From the NCBI GenBank assembly GCA_030295235.1, contig AP026164.1:310001-374000 (forward strand): DNA of 64,000 bases, in the 5' to 3' direction. This DNA comes from Fistulifera solaris (lineage: Eukaryota). Below the pieces are notes generated by a model. The model had not been told where the DNA came from. It made no database searches and saw only the letters and a list, made by a program, of their open reading frames with translations. Position numbers and translations under genes: made by a program. Within the stretch, counting starts at the first letter, position 1, and every line of letters begins with the position of its first letter. Shown here in pieces: positions 23,824-36,452 of this stretch.

Positions 23824-25126
23824 ATGGAGACGATCAATGAAAACTCGTGCCTTGTCGAGTTTCCATCGGTTGCTGCGCACAAGAGCGACGTGAAAGTTCA
23901 CGGAATTATTTTGAAGAGAACATTTCGTAGCAGCTATGCGTCTTTGCTCGTTGCTGTAGTAAATCGTTCAATTGACTATCATCCTCCAGATGAGGAGGAT
24001 GATCGATCGGTTCTGGTGAGATTACAATTTAAAAACGACAAAAGCGCTCTTCGTTCGCATTGCAAACGCTTTTGCAAAATGGGTGATCGTTTGCAAGTTC
24101 TGGAAGGAAATTGGCAAAAAGTTAGTGATACGCATCAAACTGATTGGGAGGATCAACGGCTTGTTGTAGACTTGGAGACGACGGAATATGCGATACGAGT
24201 GTTAAAGATTTTAGAAACGTTCTGTTGGACGATAAAACAATGCCAGGCTTGGCAACAATTGTCGGTGGTTCATTCAGAGGACGACGAGATCATTATTTCA
24301 CCATTCAAAGGTTTAAAGAAGCCCATTTCCTCGTCCTCGCTTGACAATAGTAACGAATCGACTGGACATGATACGATTGCTGGAAAGCATAAGCAAGTTA
24401 AATATTTGACAAACTTCTTGATCGGGATGATGATTTACAAGTTGAATGGCGAACAAGAAACAGCTTCTTCTGATGTTTGGTCGACGCAAGAATATTTACC
24501 CAGCGACCCGATGCATGTAAAGGCAATAACAGCTTTGAGCGAGAGACAGGGAGTGCTGGATGTTGCAGGTGGTATCGGGCATTTGTCCATGGCCTTGGGA
24601 ATGGCTGGAATTCGATCAACTGTTATTGATCCCCGTCCGAGTGTCGGTTTGCTGAACAGGAGGGATCGAAAAACGTTTCGAAAAGCACTCAGTGCGTCGA
24701 AAGGGCTGTCTATGTCAGGGGGAGTTCTGTCTTCCTGTTCAGGAATTTCAGATTTTTCGTGGCTGGTTCGGTCAACCTGCGTCAGGGGTCGACTTCAGTT
24801 TCCGTCATCCTGATGACAATCCAGACGACGTCCAAGCTCTTTTCTCCGACCACCAACTCTTAAAGGACTGCACAGCTATAGTGGCGCTGCATCCCGACGA
24901 AGCTACCGAGGCCATAGTCAATACAGCTATAGCAAACCGCATTCCGTTCTGCGTAGTGCCGTGCTGTGTTTTTTGTCGACTATACCCACACCGTCAACAC
25001 AATGGGAAACTGGTCAGCACTTATGATGATCTGCTAGATTATTTACAAGCTAAAGATCCATCTATCAAACGAAGCTCGCTGCCATTTCACGGCAAAAATC
25101 TTGTCTTGTGGTCGACATTCTCATGA
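23824..25126 (+). CDS. Putative SAM-dependent methyltransferase with N-terminal OB-like domain; frameshift near 24720
   Basis: Motifs VLDVAGGIGHLS, STVIDPR, ALHPDEATEAIV, PFCVVPCCVF and LPFHGKNLVL. Confidence 0.75.
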
Positions 25127-25171
25127 TGCATAAATGATTCTATCACGATAGTAATGCCGTATAGAGATACT

Positions 25172-28100
25172 TTATGACAGAGTTTGCGATAGCACGGGGA
25201 ATAACCGACTAAAAGAATGTTTCGTCATTTTTCGGCCAGATTCTTGCTTAGAGTGGCCGCTTTTTAAATCCAAACGATTGTATTGCTCGACAAGCTCGCG
25301 TAACTTGCTGAGTTCTAACTCCATAGCATTTGTATATGAATCCTTAGAAACGCGAGAATCTGTACAGTGGGCGTCCATCAATTCATCTAGCGCGGCAGCA
25401 GTTGATTCTAAACTGTCAACTCGGAGTGATGGCGCTTCGTCAGTCATGGACATTGTAAATGCACGAAGAGCTCTGGACGCAGCGTTAAGTGTACTGGTTG
25501 CTTTTCTCTGTGCGTCAATAGCTCTAGCCCGATCTTGAATGCAATCATGAATCGTTCTCACCATTTCATCGCACTTCAAGCGATCGCGAACCATTACCGA
25601 AAGAATGGTTATCAGATCCCTTGTGGTCGTTCTACGGAATCTATTGAAAGTCGAAGCCGTGAGTGAGACGCGAACCCGATCGCACAAGTCAAGCAGTAGG
25701 TCAGTTGATACTGGTTGAGAAGGCATGGATTTTTCTGGGTCATGATCCAACCCAAGAGCACCTGTTGAGACATCAACAGATTGTTCCGAAAAATTTTTCT
25801 GTCCTTGTAAGTCTTTCTCGATCACATCGCGTCGTAGTGAAGCTAGTGCTGTCAAAAGGCCACATAAATCAAGCTCTTCCTCTGTCATAGGCAACTTATC
25901 TTCAAGATATAACAATATTTGGACAACCCGATCCGTCATTTGCAGTGCTAGTTGCGTCGATACTAGTCCATTCAGCTATTATCGATGCAAGATAGTATTG
26001 AGTTCACAAGCCAGAGAATTTGCAATTCATAAGTTTCGAGCTTACCAGCTGTATTGTCTTGGAAACTGACAAAGACTCCATTGAATGGACTTCGAAAGAT
26101 GGCTTCACAGCTAGCCGCAGCCGTCGATGGGCGGTAGGTCTATCAGGGTCAACTTCACAAAAAGTTGCACCCAGTTGACCCAACGACCAAATCAGCTCCG
26201 ACAAATCATCAAGTTCCATGTCCAACCAGATGAAGCCAGACTCATCCGAAGGCATTTCATTAACAAATTGCAAAACCTTTCTCGCGAAATGACTGGTAAG
26301 CGTTCGAGCGGCCGGCACTTCCATGGACAAAGCCGCTGTCTCGGTTAAACGTACGAGATCAGGCAAGGGGCACTCATGTAACAAACGTCCATCGTGTGAT
26401 AAAAACAGACGAAGAAGGATACGCGTCAAAACGCCACTTTGAATGATTGTCTTATCGAACTGATGTGCAAGCTTACAGACCGCCGATGCCAGTTTACAGA
26501 GACTTAAAGGATCAACCGGTACGTGTCGTAACAAAGGCAGTCGATTTGATTGTTTAGCGAGCCCTGGAATGTCATTAGAATCATCAATTGCATGTTCGAG
26601 TCGTTGGTCAAAGAAACGCAAAGCGAATTTGGATGTTCGAAGAAACGCGGTGACCTTGGGCGATTCGGGGTGATCGTGCATTTCTGTGTTGTCAAAACTT
26701 GTTTCTCTCATGCTTTCCCAATCTAATAGACTCGTTTCTATCGTAGCGAGGAGTTTACCAAGAGCATCAGGTACCCCGGGCCAACCAAAGGATACACTAG
26801 TGTCTGTCAAACTCAGAAATGCCCATACTACCCTAGCCTAGTTGCTAGATTGTGAGTTACCGCTAATAGTAACACAAAGTCATTCGTCTCGTGTCTTACC
26901 ATATCTTCGCTTCGAAAAAGGGCCAGATGCGAACCAGTTACGAGCAAAGCGCGATAGATCAAAGAAACAATCGAAACCGACGTCCACCTTACTGTACCCT
27001 GATCCAAGAGAATCGTACTCAAAGACCAAACAAGACGGCCCAGTTCATGAGGACTGAACTGTAACAATAATGACGGCGAATCGTCTGAAAATTTGTCCCT
27101 ACTTGTAATTTCTACAGCGCGGTCGGCGACCCATTTAACAACAACGTTGGAGACATCCACTTGTATGGCGAAGTTACTTTTCGCTACAGCCCAACATAAA
27201 TTTGTCAGGTCAGACCCCGAAAGCCCTCTCATAGAACCGACACCTAAGAGATTGAGCATATGTGCTATGTCATGGACAACGGCTTCGCGGTGCGAGCCGT
27301 CTAGTTCTGTAACAGCCCACGCCAAGGAACACAAGTCCCTAGAAGAAAAGCAAGAAAAGGGGGAGATCGATGTCTGCGTCATCGGAAGTTTCAAGGAATA
27401 CCTGCTCTGATTCACCACCAACGCCTTCCAATCCACATTCGTCCGCCTGCCTCGCAATCACCGCGATCCCATCGTCCTCTAGGGGCTTTTCCGTGTTGAC
27501 CAAATCGATGGCGTCAGTTACAATAAGTGGGAAAATGTGGCGCTCGAGCAAGTCGTCCAGTACCTCTAAACTGTCAGCTTCAACCCCTTCATTCCGTATT
27601 TCTTCACCACCAAGGAGCTCGATTTCATCAGCCATATCACTGAAGTCTCCTGGGGCATCAGTCTCTGCCTTAATATCACACTCGCCATTTATATCCTGAT
27701 TCACTTTTCGCTTCGATGACTGTCTCGATCGGCTGGTCTCGGACCATTCTTCCACTCCAGTGTTGTCGTCAAGTACGGCGTGACCCAAAGAGTCTAAATC
27801 CCCTGATACTTTTACTTCCTGGTCTAGAATGCTGATATCGTCGTGAAAATAGTCCCTCGACACAGTTTCGTCAGTCTCGTAATGATGTTTTATTCGACGT
27901 AATTCAATTTGTAAAACGTCCGCCATTCTTTGAAGTGCCTTTTTACAGTACTCATCAGTTGCAGAAGATGTGTTGTCCAACTTTTCTCTAATTAACGCGA
28001 TCGCCCACAAAGAATCGATTAGTTCATGGGGAGAAAGCCAATCCAGTAAGCACATTTTCTTCCGTGCGGCAGAAGTCTCCAAAGTTTCAGCCACTGAAAT

Positions 28101-29063
28101 GGATGAATCTTTTGCTTCAATGAAGACGTGATCTGCGGATGGAATTTCAACATCGGAGCTCGTACTTTCTGTCTCCAACTCCGACTGGGCCAATCGCTCC
28201 ACCACATCGTTTGTACCTAATTCGATATTCGTATCCATTTCAACATCACTCAAACTCGCTTCTTGTGCAAGCTTCCGCGTCATAAAGGGATCTTGAATCA
28301 ATAGCAAAATACACAGATTAACCAGTGAGGATACATTTTGGCCGGTACAGGCCTCGACACAGGCAAAAGTCCAAAGAACAGAGACAGCATCTTCTGCGAG
28401 CTCTTCCGCAAATAGCTCGATACCCTTCTCAACGGTTTCAACCCCATCTTGAACCATATCTCCCCTTTTCAATAACTCCTGTCGATGTTCGAGCACATGA
28501 GCTACTCGTGCCGCGAGTGCTTCCAGCACTGACCCCGGCTTGTTGTCACTACTTTTCCGATGCGACGACAAAACAGCGATACCCCAGGCCGCGCGACAAG
28601 CATCCCGTATTGAAAGTCCCTCCGTGTACGTATCTTTGTGATCGACTCCACACATGACGCATTCGACGAGCTGCTCGAAACGACGATCCTTCAGAATATC
28701 GTCTGCGAACTCCTCTTGTAATTCGCAGATCCGCCCCAGGGTAGCAATGACGCACGCGGCTAAACCACAATCCATATCGGTCCGGGATGCTCTAATTTGA
28801 AGGGCGATATCCGGAGAATGTCGAATGGCGGGTATTTTTGGAGCCAGATAATGTAGCAACTTGATCGGGTTGTTGTTTGGGTGTGTAGTAATCATTTCAC
28901 GAAATTGTTGTGATTCAAGATCATTGTCTATACCCGATCGTGTAATGAGATCATGGATAATATCGGACGCTCGGCGTTGCTTGTCGAGAAAAGGTATTCG
29001 CCGCGCGGACACACTCACAATGCATACCAGTAGCCAAGTAAATGAGAGAATGAAACGGAGCAT
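25172..29063 (-). CDS. Large signal-peptide-bearing helical-repeat protein (OPR/FASTK-like repeats); introns near 26829-26899 and 25978-26046, frameshift near 27360
   Basis: Collinear ORFs 27339..29102, 26828..27457, 26004..26810 and 25172..25939. Repeats LSPHELIDSLWAIA, FSSRDLCSLAWAV, LSGSDLTNLCWAVA, FSPHELGRLVWSL and LDDLSELIWSLGQL. Confidence 0.65.
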
Positions 29064-29548
29064 GGTGTATGTACGGCAAATCGGAGAGAAGAGACAGCTC
29101 ACTTTTTACCCGTCATTTTCCTTCTTCTTTTACAAGAACGAAACGAAGTGCCTTTTGATGAAGCGTAACCGGTAAGATGAAAAGAGAAGCACTTTAGACC
29201 ATTAACAACCATTTGCAACGCATTGTCTGTTGCGCCATTTTTGTGTTTTGCAAACCACACAAAACCCACATTTCCGGGACTTGAATTTCAGTTTAGTCAC
29301 TATACACTCACCCGATTTCCGGGACTGGATTTCAGTTAAGCCGCTAAAAAGGTCGCCTACACTTTATAAGATAGTAAATAACCTCTTTGTCGTTATAATA
29401 CTCCCTATAGATACGCTGAGTCACAACGCGTCAGAACGCACAACAGCGCGTATTTTCTTTGACATGCTTCTCATTATTAGTACTATTACCTTGGGAGACC
29501 TGGCATTTTTTCACCAGCAGCAACAAGCATTATCAACAGAACCATACT

Positions 29549-30160
29549 ATGAGAACCAGTTTACTCCATCTTATCGTATTTGCTGCACCAGCGGTTGCTT
29601 TTCAAATCCCCGCACCATGCGAACGATTCTTTTGCGCGGCAGCGGTCGTCGCAACGCTTGCTTGCAGTGATCCGAGCTGGGCTGACAGCGGCGAAATGAA
29701 GATCCAAAAGGGCGGTGCATCGACGTTACAGTCCGGACGCACCATTTCAATTACTCGCGGCGTCAATTTAGATGGATCCAACTTTGCTGGGCAGAATTTG
29801 AAAGGTGTAGCCTTTCAACAATCCATCGTGCGAGATGCCAATTTTAAGAAAAGTAATTTAGTGGGTGCTTCGTTCTTTGATGCGACACTGGACGGCTCCA
29901 ATTTTGATGATGCGGATATGACCATGGTCAATTTAGAACTGGCGCAGTTGAACCGAGCCTCTATGAGGAATGCTGTGGCTCGAGAAATGTATGTGTCAGG
30001 GTCGACCTTGTTTGAAGGTATCAAAGATATTGAGAACTCCGATTGGACGGACACATACTTGCGAGCCGATCAGCAAAAGTATCTGTGCAATCATCCAACG
30101 GCGAAAGGTACTAATCCAGTTACTGGTGTGGATACGCGTGAGAGTCTCATGTGTCCTTAG
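29549..30160 (+). CDS. Thylakoid-lumen pentapeptide-repeat protein (TL17-like)
   Basis: Signal peptide ending AVA-FQ, a second hydrophobic lumen signal, A(N/D)F/L pentapeptide repeats, and C-terminal LC...AKGTNPVTGVDTRESLMCP. Confidence 0.88.
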   Translation: MRTSLLHLIVFAAPAVAFQIPAPCERFFCAAAVVATLACSDPSWADSGEMKIQKGGASTLQSGRTISITRGVNLDGSNFAGQNLKGVAFQQSIVRDANFKKSNLVGASFFDATLDGSNFDDADMTMVNLELAQLNRASMRNAVAREMYVSGSTLFEGIKDIENSDWTDTYLRADQQKYLCNHPTAKGTNPVTGVDTRESLMCP

Positions 30161-30401
30161 AATATAGGCACTGCAATTGCGCTTTATTAGCTATTCCAGA
30201 GCACAAAATGATGTATCGACCTTGTATGGCAAATGCACAATTTGGATCAAAATAGATTACGTAACCAAACAAACAAAGTACATTACAAACTAGTCCTTTC
30301 TTAAACAATCTTAGACCCGGTGGAAAAATCTGTTTCGACAAATCGTTTCTATTCACTATATAATTATTTAGCCTCGGCTTCCGATTGCAATATGGCGCCA
30401 C

Positions 30402-32656
30402 TTAATCTTTGTGAATAGGACACTTTACTCGGCTGTCCACGTTTCCATCTTGTGAGTCAAAAGGTCTTCCATTGGCGTTGAATCCACGTTTCAAGTGCTG
30501 CATCTCCCACCAGCTTGTCGTCTTCTCTACACTTGTGGAGCCTTCGCTTACGGACCGTGGTTTCATCTGCAATCCGTTCATCGTATGGATAGTAGCACCG
30601 GTTTTCATTCCCACATCTTCTGCTGGAATCGCAAGCTCAAAGTCCATTTTCTTCAGCAATACACTTAGCGTAACAGCTGCTTCCATCATTGCAAATTGGT
30701 CTCCCACGCATTTCCGAGCACCTCCCCCGAATGGTAAGAACGCAAAGTCAGCTGCTTGTTCGTTCGGATACAAGCCGGTTACTTTGTCCGGGTTGTAACC
30801 ATCCCAGCCCCGAACAGAAGGGTTCTGAAAGGGACGATCCCATCGCGTGGGATCGAAACGCTCGGGTTCATCCCAAAGATCAGGAGAACGATGTAAATTC
30901 CATGTACTGATGAACATATCCGTTCCACGAAGCACCTTAATACCTGAAGTGAGATCAGAGCCGCCCGATGGTAAATTATCTGCTTCGCGTGCTCGGCGAA
31001 TTAAAACCGGAGGCTCCGGATACAAGCGGAGCGATTCAATCAAACAAAAACGTAATTTTTTCATGGCCACAATGTCATCGTAATCCGGACGATCTTTGTC
31101 CTTGAGGACGGTCCGCACTTCTTTTGAATTTCCTCCAGCAGAGCAGGCGGTCCGCGGGCCAACTCAAACAAAGTCCACGTGAGCATTGCAGCAGTGGTTT
31201 CGTGACCGGCTTCACATGAAATGAGCCAAAGCAATTGTCAGTTTTGTCTGCTTCGCAACACGGAATCCCCTCAGGCATATTACTTACCAATCAACATAGT
31301 CATCAAATCATCGCGTAGCGCCTTGCTCGACAAGTCCTCCCCGCGCATATCAACTAAGAATCGTAATAGACTTGGGTCATCAGCGTTGTCTCGCTCTTCC
31401 AGTTCCTCTACGGTTGCCTCACTTCGCGTTTCCACAGCACGATTGATCAAATCTGCCAAAATATCGTCTAACATGGTCATGTCACGTCGAAATTCGACCT
31501 GTCCTCCCATCCATTGATCGGCATACGGTAAATTCCAGTAGGGAATAAAACTACTAGAGCGGTGTTCGGCCTCACGCAGCACACGGTAAACAGCTTTGAT
31601 TATGGGGCTTTCTTTTGTGACACTTCCGAAGTCGTAGTTGAAGACGGCCTTACCGATAATATCCAAAGTCACACTGCAAAAGCGCTCTTCCATGTCCACA
31701 ACTTTGCCTTCCTTTGCCTGCAAATCTTTCAAAAGAATATCTGCCCGATCACCAAACATTCCAATCATTCGATTCAGCCATTTCTTGTGAAAGCCAGGAA
31801 CAAGTGCACGACGTCGAACTTTCCATACTGCAGGGTTGGCAGGAATGAGACCTTGTCCCATGATAGGTTCAAGGATTTCGGCCAACATGCCTTTGCAATA
31901 TTGTGTGACAGGGACATCGCGCAAGACATGTCTCGCCATGACCGGATCACTCACGACAAGAAACGCCTTAGGACCAAACGCTAAAGTAAAGATGGGGCCA
32001 TACTCTTGATAGTATTTTGCCAGGAGAAGAAACAATGGGCCTCCAGCTAATGTTTGCAGATCACCACCGAGTACGCCTTTGATGAAGGATAGAAATGAAC
32101 CTTCGTATTTCTGAATGACAGCCGTCGGTACAGCCGCCATCCCTAGTGCCGGTCCTAATCCCACACTCGTTAACATCTGCACCGCAAACAATTTTGCCAC
32201 ATCCAATGCCCCGACAGGCCGTGGTCCTTCATTGGGTGATGGTCTTGATCTCGACACGAGAAAGTCAAACATACTCGGTTGTCTTACCCAACTGCCATCA
32301 TCACGCATGCGTAAACCAGCAAAATAACGACGGGCCTTTTCAATTTCCCAGTCAAAGCCAGATGCCGTCCGTTCGTCCCATTGTTGTAGAAGTTGAGCTT
32401 CGTACGTCGACGCGTCGAGCACTTCATTCTGACTGACCTCGCCCTTCAGACGCAATCGATTCGGAATTCGATCTTCAAATTCCCGCACATCATTCTCTTC
32501 AACTGTTAGTTTGCTCGTATCATTTTCTACGGAGGAACTAACAAAGCATTGCGTAGCAAACCGTGTCGTTGTCGTCGTTCTGCCGATGGTAAACGACTCG
32601 GAGGAGTAGCAGAGTAATGCCAACCAAAGGAGAGATTGTTGCCGTATTATCCTCAT
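30402..32656 (-). CDS. CYP97: Cytochrome P450 CYP97 family (carotenoid hydroxylase, LUT-like), plastid-targeted; intron 31210-31287, frameshift near 31120
   Basis: KGMLAEILEPIMGQGLIPA, LRDDLMTMLIAGHETTAA (spliced), ESLRLYPEPP and the heme motif FGGGARKCVGDQFA. The N-terminus has an SES-F cleavage motif. Confidence 0.93.
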
Positions 32657-33212
32657 TTTCGCAACTAGTTGAATTCTCTTTTTTGTGCGACGATTTACGA
32701 TTGAAGATTGTCTTATGGAAGAATCTTTTTTATCGTTCAAGACATCGGCCACGGTTCGGTGTTCGGTTTTTCCCCTATTCTTCCGATGCAGTCTCGAAGA
32801 GGTTGGATGCTTGAACTTTCTAGCTGCATGACGCGTGTGCGGCGCTTGTGCGACGTGCGGGTTTTTTTTTTTTGATGGGGGGCGAGAGGCGAGAGAGAGA
32901 GTTGAATTATTTCAAAAGCCGTCGCGCATCAACGAGAAGAAGAAACCGTCACGCGAGACCATCATCGAGCCGCTGGGACGGGTACCGGTAGGTACTCTAA
33001 GCCTTAACCTTAGAACTTCAGATACAATCGGTACTGAAACTCTACTACTTAGACTTAGACTTTCGACTGTGCAGATCAATCGTCGTCACTTCAAAAATAA
33101 TCACGAACTGCTCGCACCGCTCCCTCAACTGTGTTCGACCACTGCGGCAATGAACGCACTCCTTTTTGTGCTTCTTTTCAAAAAGTGCAATAGTAAGAAC
33201 TCACAATAAACC

Positions 33213-35769
33213 ATGTCTACGATTGAACATTTAGAAGAAAAGAGTGTTTGGTCTATATCGGTCAAAACATTTGGACCCGAAGTGCAGGCGAGCGGCCAAA
33301 CAACCTCAAGGGAACGGGAGTTTGTTGTGGACGTGTCACCGAACGATGACTTGCGTTCTTTGTATCACAGAATTGAAAATGTTACGGGCCTCAAAGCCTC
33401 ACAGCAACGACTCATTTACCGCGGTAGATTAATTGAAGGAATAAATGAATCGCAACCGGAAGTGATTGTAGAATCGGAGGATGTGAAAGCGAAACTTGAT
33501 AAGGAACTTAAAATAAAAGACATTGTCGGTTTACAAGATGGGCATACCATTCATTTGGTACCGAAGCGCATCAACGGAGCGTCAGAAAACGCTAATTCTT
33601 CTGATAGATCAAGTGATGAAGGCGCTAGTAATGAAACGAATACGAGCTCTTCTTCTGCTTTTTTGACTTCACTTTTGAGAACGAGTTCGGGAACAGAAGA
33701 GCCAGGGACCTCCGACAGTGCAGCTCGACGTACGACTAGATCGACAAGGCTTGGATCTCGCCGACGAACTCACTATCGACTTTCCTCTGAGGACCTTGAA
33801 ATACCGGATGCGGGTTCAATGGAAGCCGTTCGACAGGGTATGCTCACCATGCACACGATTCTACCACCAGCACTTCGGAATTTCTCTGCCGAGCAACAAA
33901 CACCATCACCCATAGAAGTCAACAGACGCTGGTACATAGGCCAGTGGATCGATTGCCGGGATACTGTTAATCATTGGCTAGAAGCTACAATCTCGGATAT
34001 TGTTCTCCCTGATGAAATTCTTCCTCCACGCGAGCTGTCGTCTTCGCGTTTCAAGCGTGGGCGTGCAGCTTTGTTCAACCCGACAAATGACCCAGTTGTA
34101 ACCGGTACAGATTTTGAAGGGCGTCGTCGCTTGCTTCTCGAACCGTGCTTGGATGATGACAGTGATGACGAGGGCGGCGAGTTGGCAGGATTTCGTAGAC
34201 GGGACAACATTGATGTCCAATTACTGTTGGTACATTACAATGGCTGGCCTCATCGATGGGACGAATGGATTCGTAGCGATTCGGAGCGTATCCGTCCGTT
34301 TCGAGTTCGTACACGACACCCGGCTTCGTCTTCCACCGCTCTCCCTACTCCGCAATCGGCCTTTGCTGACTCCCCCAGATACATTTATTAGACATTCCGA
34401 TGAACAGCTTGATCGACGAGCATTGCTGCCCGAGCTTAGCCGCCTGATGGATACTATTAATACTCTACTTGCTTCTACTTCCCGTTCAGTTCATCAATTG
34501 CAGGAAGACGACGGTGGGCGTGAAAGTGGAGATCCGCGCTTACCGTGGTCGACTGCAGAGGATTGGAATAGGGCCGATGGAATTGCTGAAACTGGACAGC
34601 AAGCCACGCGTCGACAGCTTGAAGCTCTTTCACCTCTCATGGATCGTTTGGGGAGACTTTTAGTCGATGCGGCTCCTCATGTGGCGTCTCTTGCGGCGTC
34701 AATGGCGGTAGAGGAGTCAAATGTCGATGAGACCGCGTCGGCGTCGATCGGAGATAGGACCAGTACACTAGGAGGATTCTTTTCCCTTTTGAACCATGAC
34801 CATCGTCGCTCTGGTGCATCTAGCGAAGAAGCCACCGTGATGTCCGAAGAAGACAGCGGCAGATCAATGGCACTCGCTACCCGACGCCTTCCGTCTCCTT
34901 CTGATGCTGGGAGTCCCATGGCTTTGTCGACTACAGAAGAGAGAAATTCCGTTTCAAACATAGCTCCGGCAACGACAGCACCGGCACCATGCCCGTCAGT
35001 TCACATTGACCCAGATTTCACCGATTTTGCTACAGGTGTAGTAAATACAACTCGGGGTGAGGTCAGAAGTGGACCACGCAGCAGACGTGGTCAAGGCGAT
35101 GAATTTGCTGGTTTGCTAGGTGCCTATCTGGCAGCGGCTAGTTTGGCTGGTGCCATTGGAGAAGTAGACGTGGATGGAAATGACAATTTGACTGGACTGG
35201 CGCGTCTTTTGCGCGACAGAGGCACGGGAACTGGTGGTATAGACATTCACATACACGCAGTTGTCACAGGGCCCGGAGGAACAGGTGCCAATGGGGGTGT
35301 GAATGTGCTTGGACCTCTTGGTGGTATAACTATGACGGATGTCAACGAGAGGGCGCTTTCGGAACCGAATGACAATCCAGCAACAACTTTTGGGAATCTG
35401 TTTTCTTCCAGTCGCGAACGTCGCAACAATCAAAGTACAAATCAAGCGACTGTTCCTACATTGCAATATGATGAGGAAGATATGGGTATCTTCGAAGAGC
35501 TTTACTCTGAAACACCCGAACCGATTGATCCCAGTAGTTTGAATCCCCCGGAAGCGTCATCCGCAGGGGATTCTGGTATAAGCAGATGGGAAAGATCCGA
35601 CGTGAATAGTCGAGCGTCTACGGCTGTGCGGCAAAACCCGAATCAACATGCTTCACGTGCCCAGGGTGAACAGTCGGCGTCCGAATCCCAGTCGCACCAG
35701 AGCAGTGAGCAGCGACGTCGGCGCGGTTTGTTGAACCGATTATTTGCCCGTCGCAGCACAGGACGATGA
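33213..35769 (+). CDS. Ubiquitin-like domain protein with Tudor/chromo-barrel-like domain (BAG6-like architecture); frameshift near 34375
   Basis: UBL motif QQRLIYRGRL...LQDGHTIHLV, barrel motif GQWIDCRDTVNHWLEATI...LVHYNGWPHRWDEWI, then LMDRLGRLLVDAAP and IDIHIHAVV. Confidence 0.75.
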
Positions 35770-36311
35770 GTCTACGAAACGAGATCGTACACCAGTCAAA
35801 TATTGCTTTTGGGGATTGGCTTGGAATGGCCGCGAGTTTCGATAAATTTCAATGGACTGCTTTATGGTGCTTCATGCGCTATTGCTAGCAGCGGCAACCC
35901 GCACTTTGTAACTCTGGTTACGCTAAAGCATAAATCTAATATAGAATGAATCATTTGTTGAGAGCTTTGTGCGTCGAGGAGGTTTGATTGAAATGCTAGG
36001 CTGACTGGACAAGCGATTTTTCCTAGTTCCTTTTGGCTCTACAGACTAGCTAAAGATGGAAGATCAACGCGTTATTTGTGTTGGCTCGTGTCTGTTACAT
36101 TATCTACAAAAACCTGATCTAATCGCACAGAGCTTTTTTTTTAACATGAAGTTTATACTATACTGATATTTAATCCTAATTCCTAATTTCCTCAAGTCAG
36201 AATGCAAATTTGACGTTCATTTGCATTTTTCTTCCGGTTCTCAGAAGCTCCGTTTCCTGAATCACTGTACCACAGTTAGTAGTAGAGTGACAAACCTGCA
36301 CCGGATTCCCA

Positions 36312-36398
36312 GGGAGACACGGGAACGCACCTCTGCTTGGAACATTTCTCTACGGGGGCCTACGTGAGTGTACACTTTTTCCCGCACCTTGCAGTGCG
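36312..36398 (+). repeat. Second, inverted copy of the putative Harbinger terminus
   Basis: GGGAGACACGGGAACGCACCTCTGCTTGGAACATTTCTCTACGGGGGCCTACGTGAGTGTACACTTTTTCCCGCACCTTGC matches the reverse complement of 23613-23704. Confidence 0.88.
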
Positions 36399-36452
36399 GT
36401 GGATTGCGCTGTTGCGCGCCATCTCTCGGAATTCGCAATAACATGCTTACCG

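Noticed and set aside
29549..32656. Photosynthesis gene cluster (pentapeptide protein next to CYP97)
   Set aside because: Plastid-targeted genes are common in diatom genomes, and this convergent adjacency is unremarkable.
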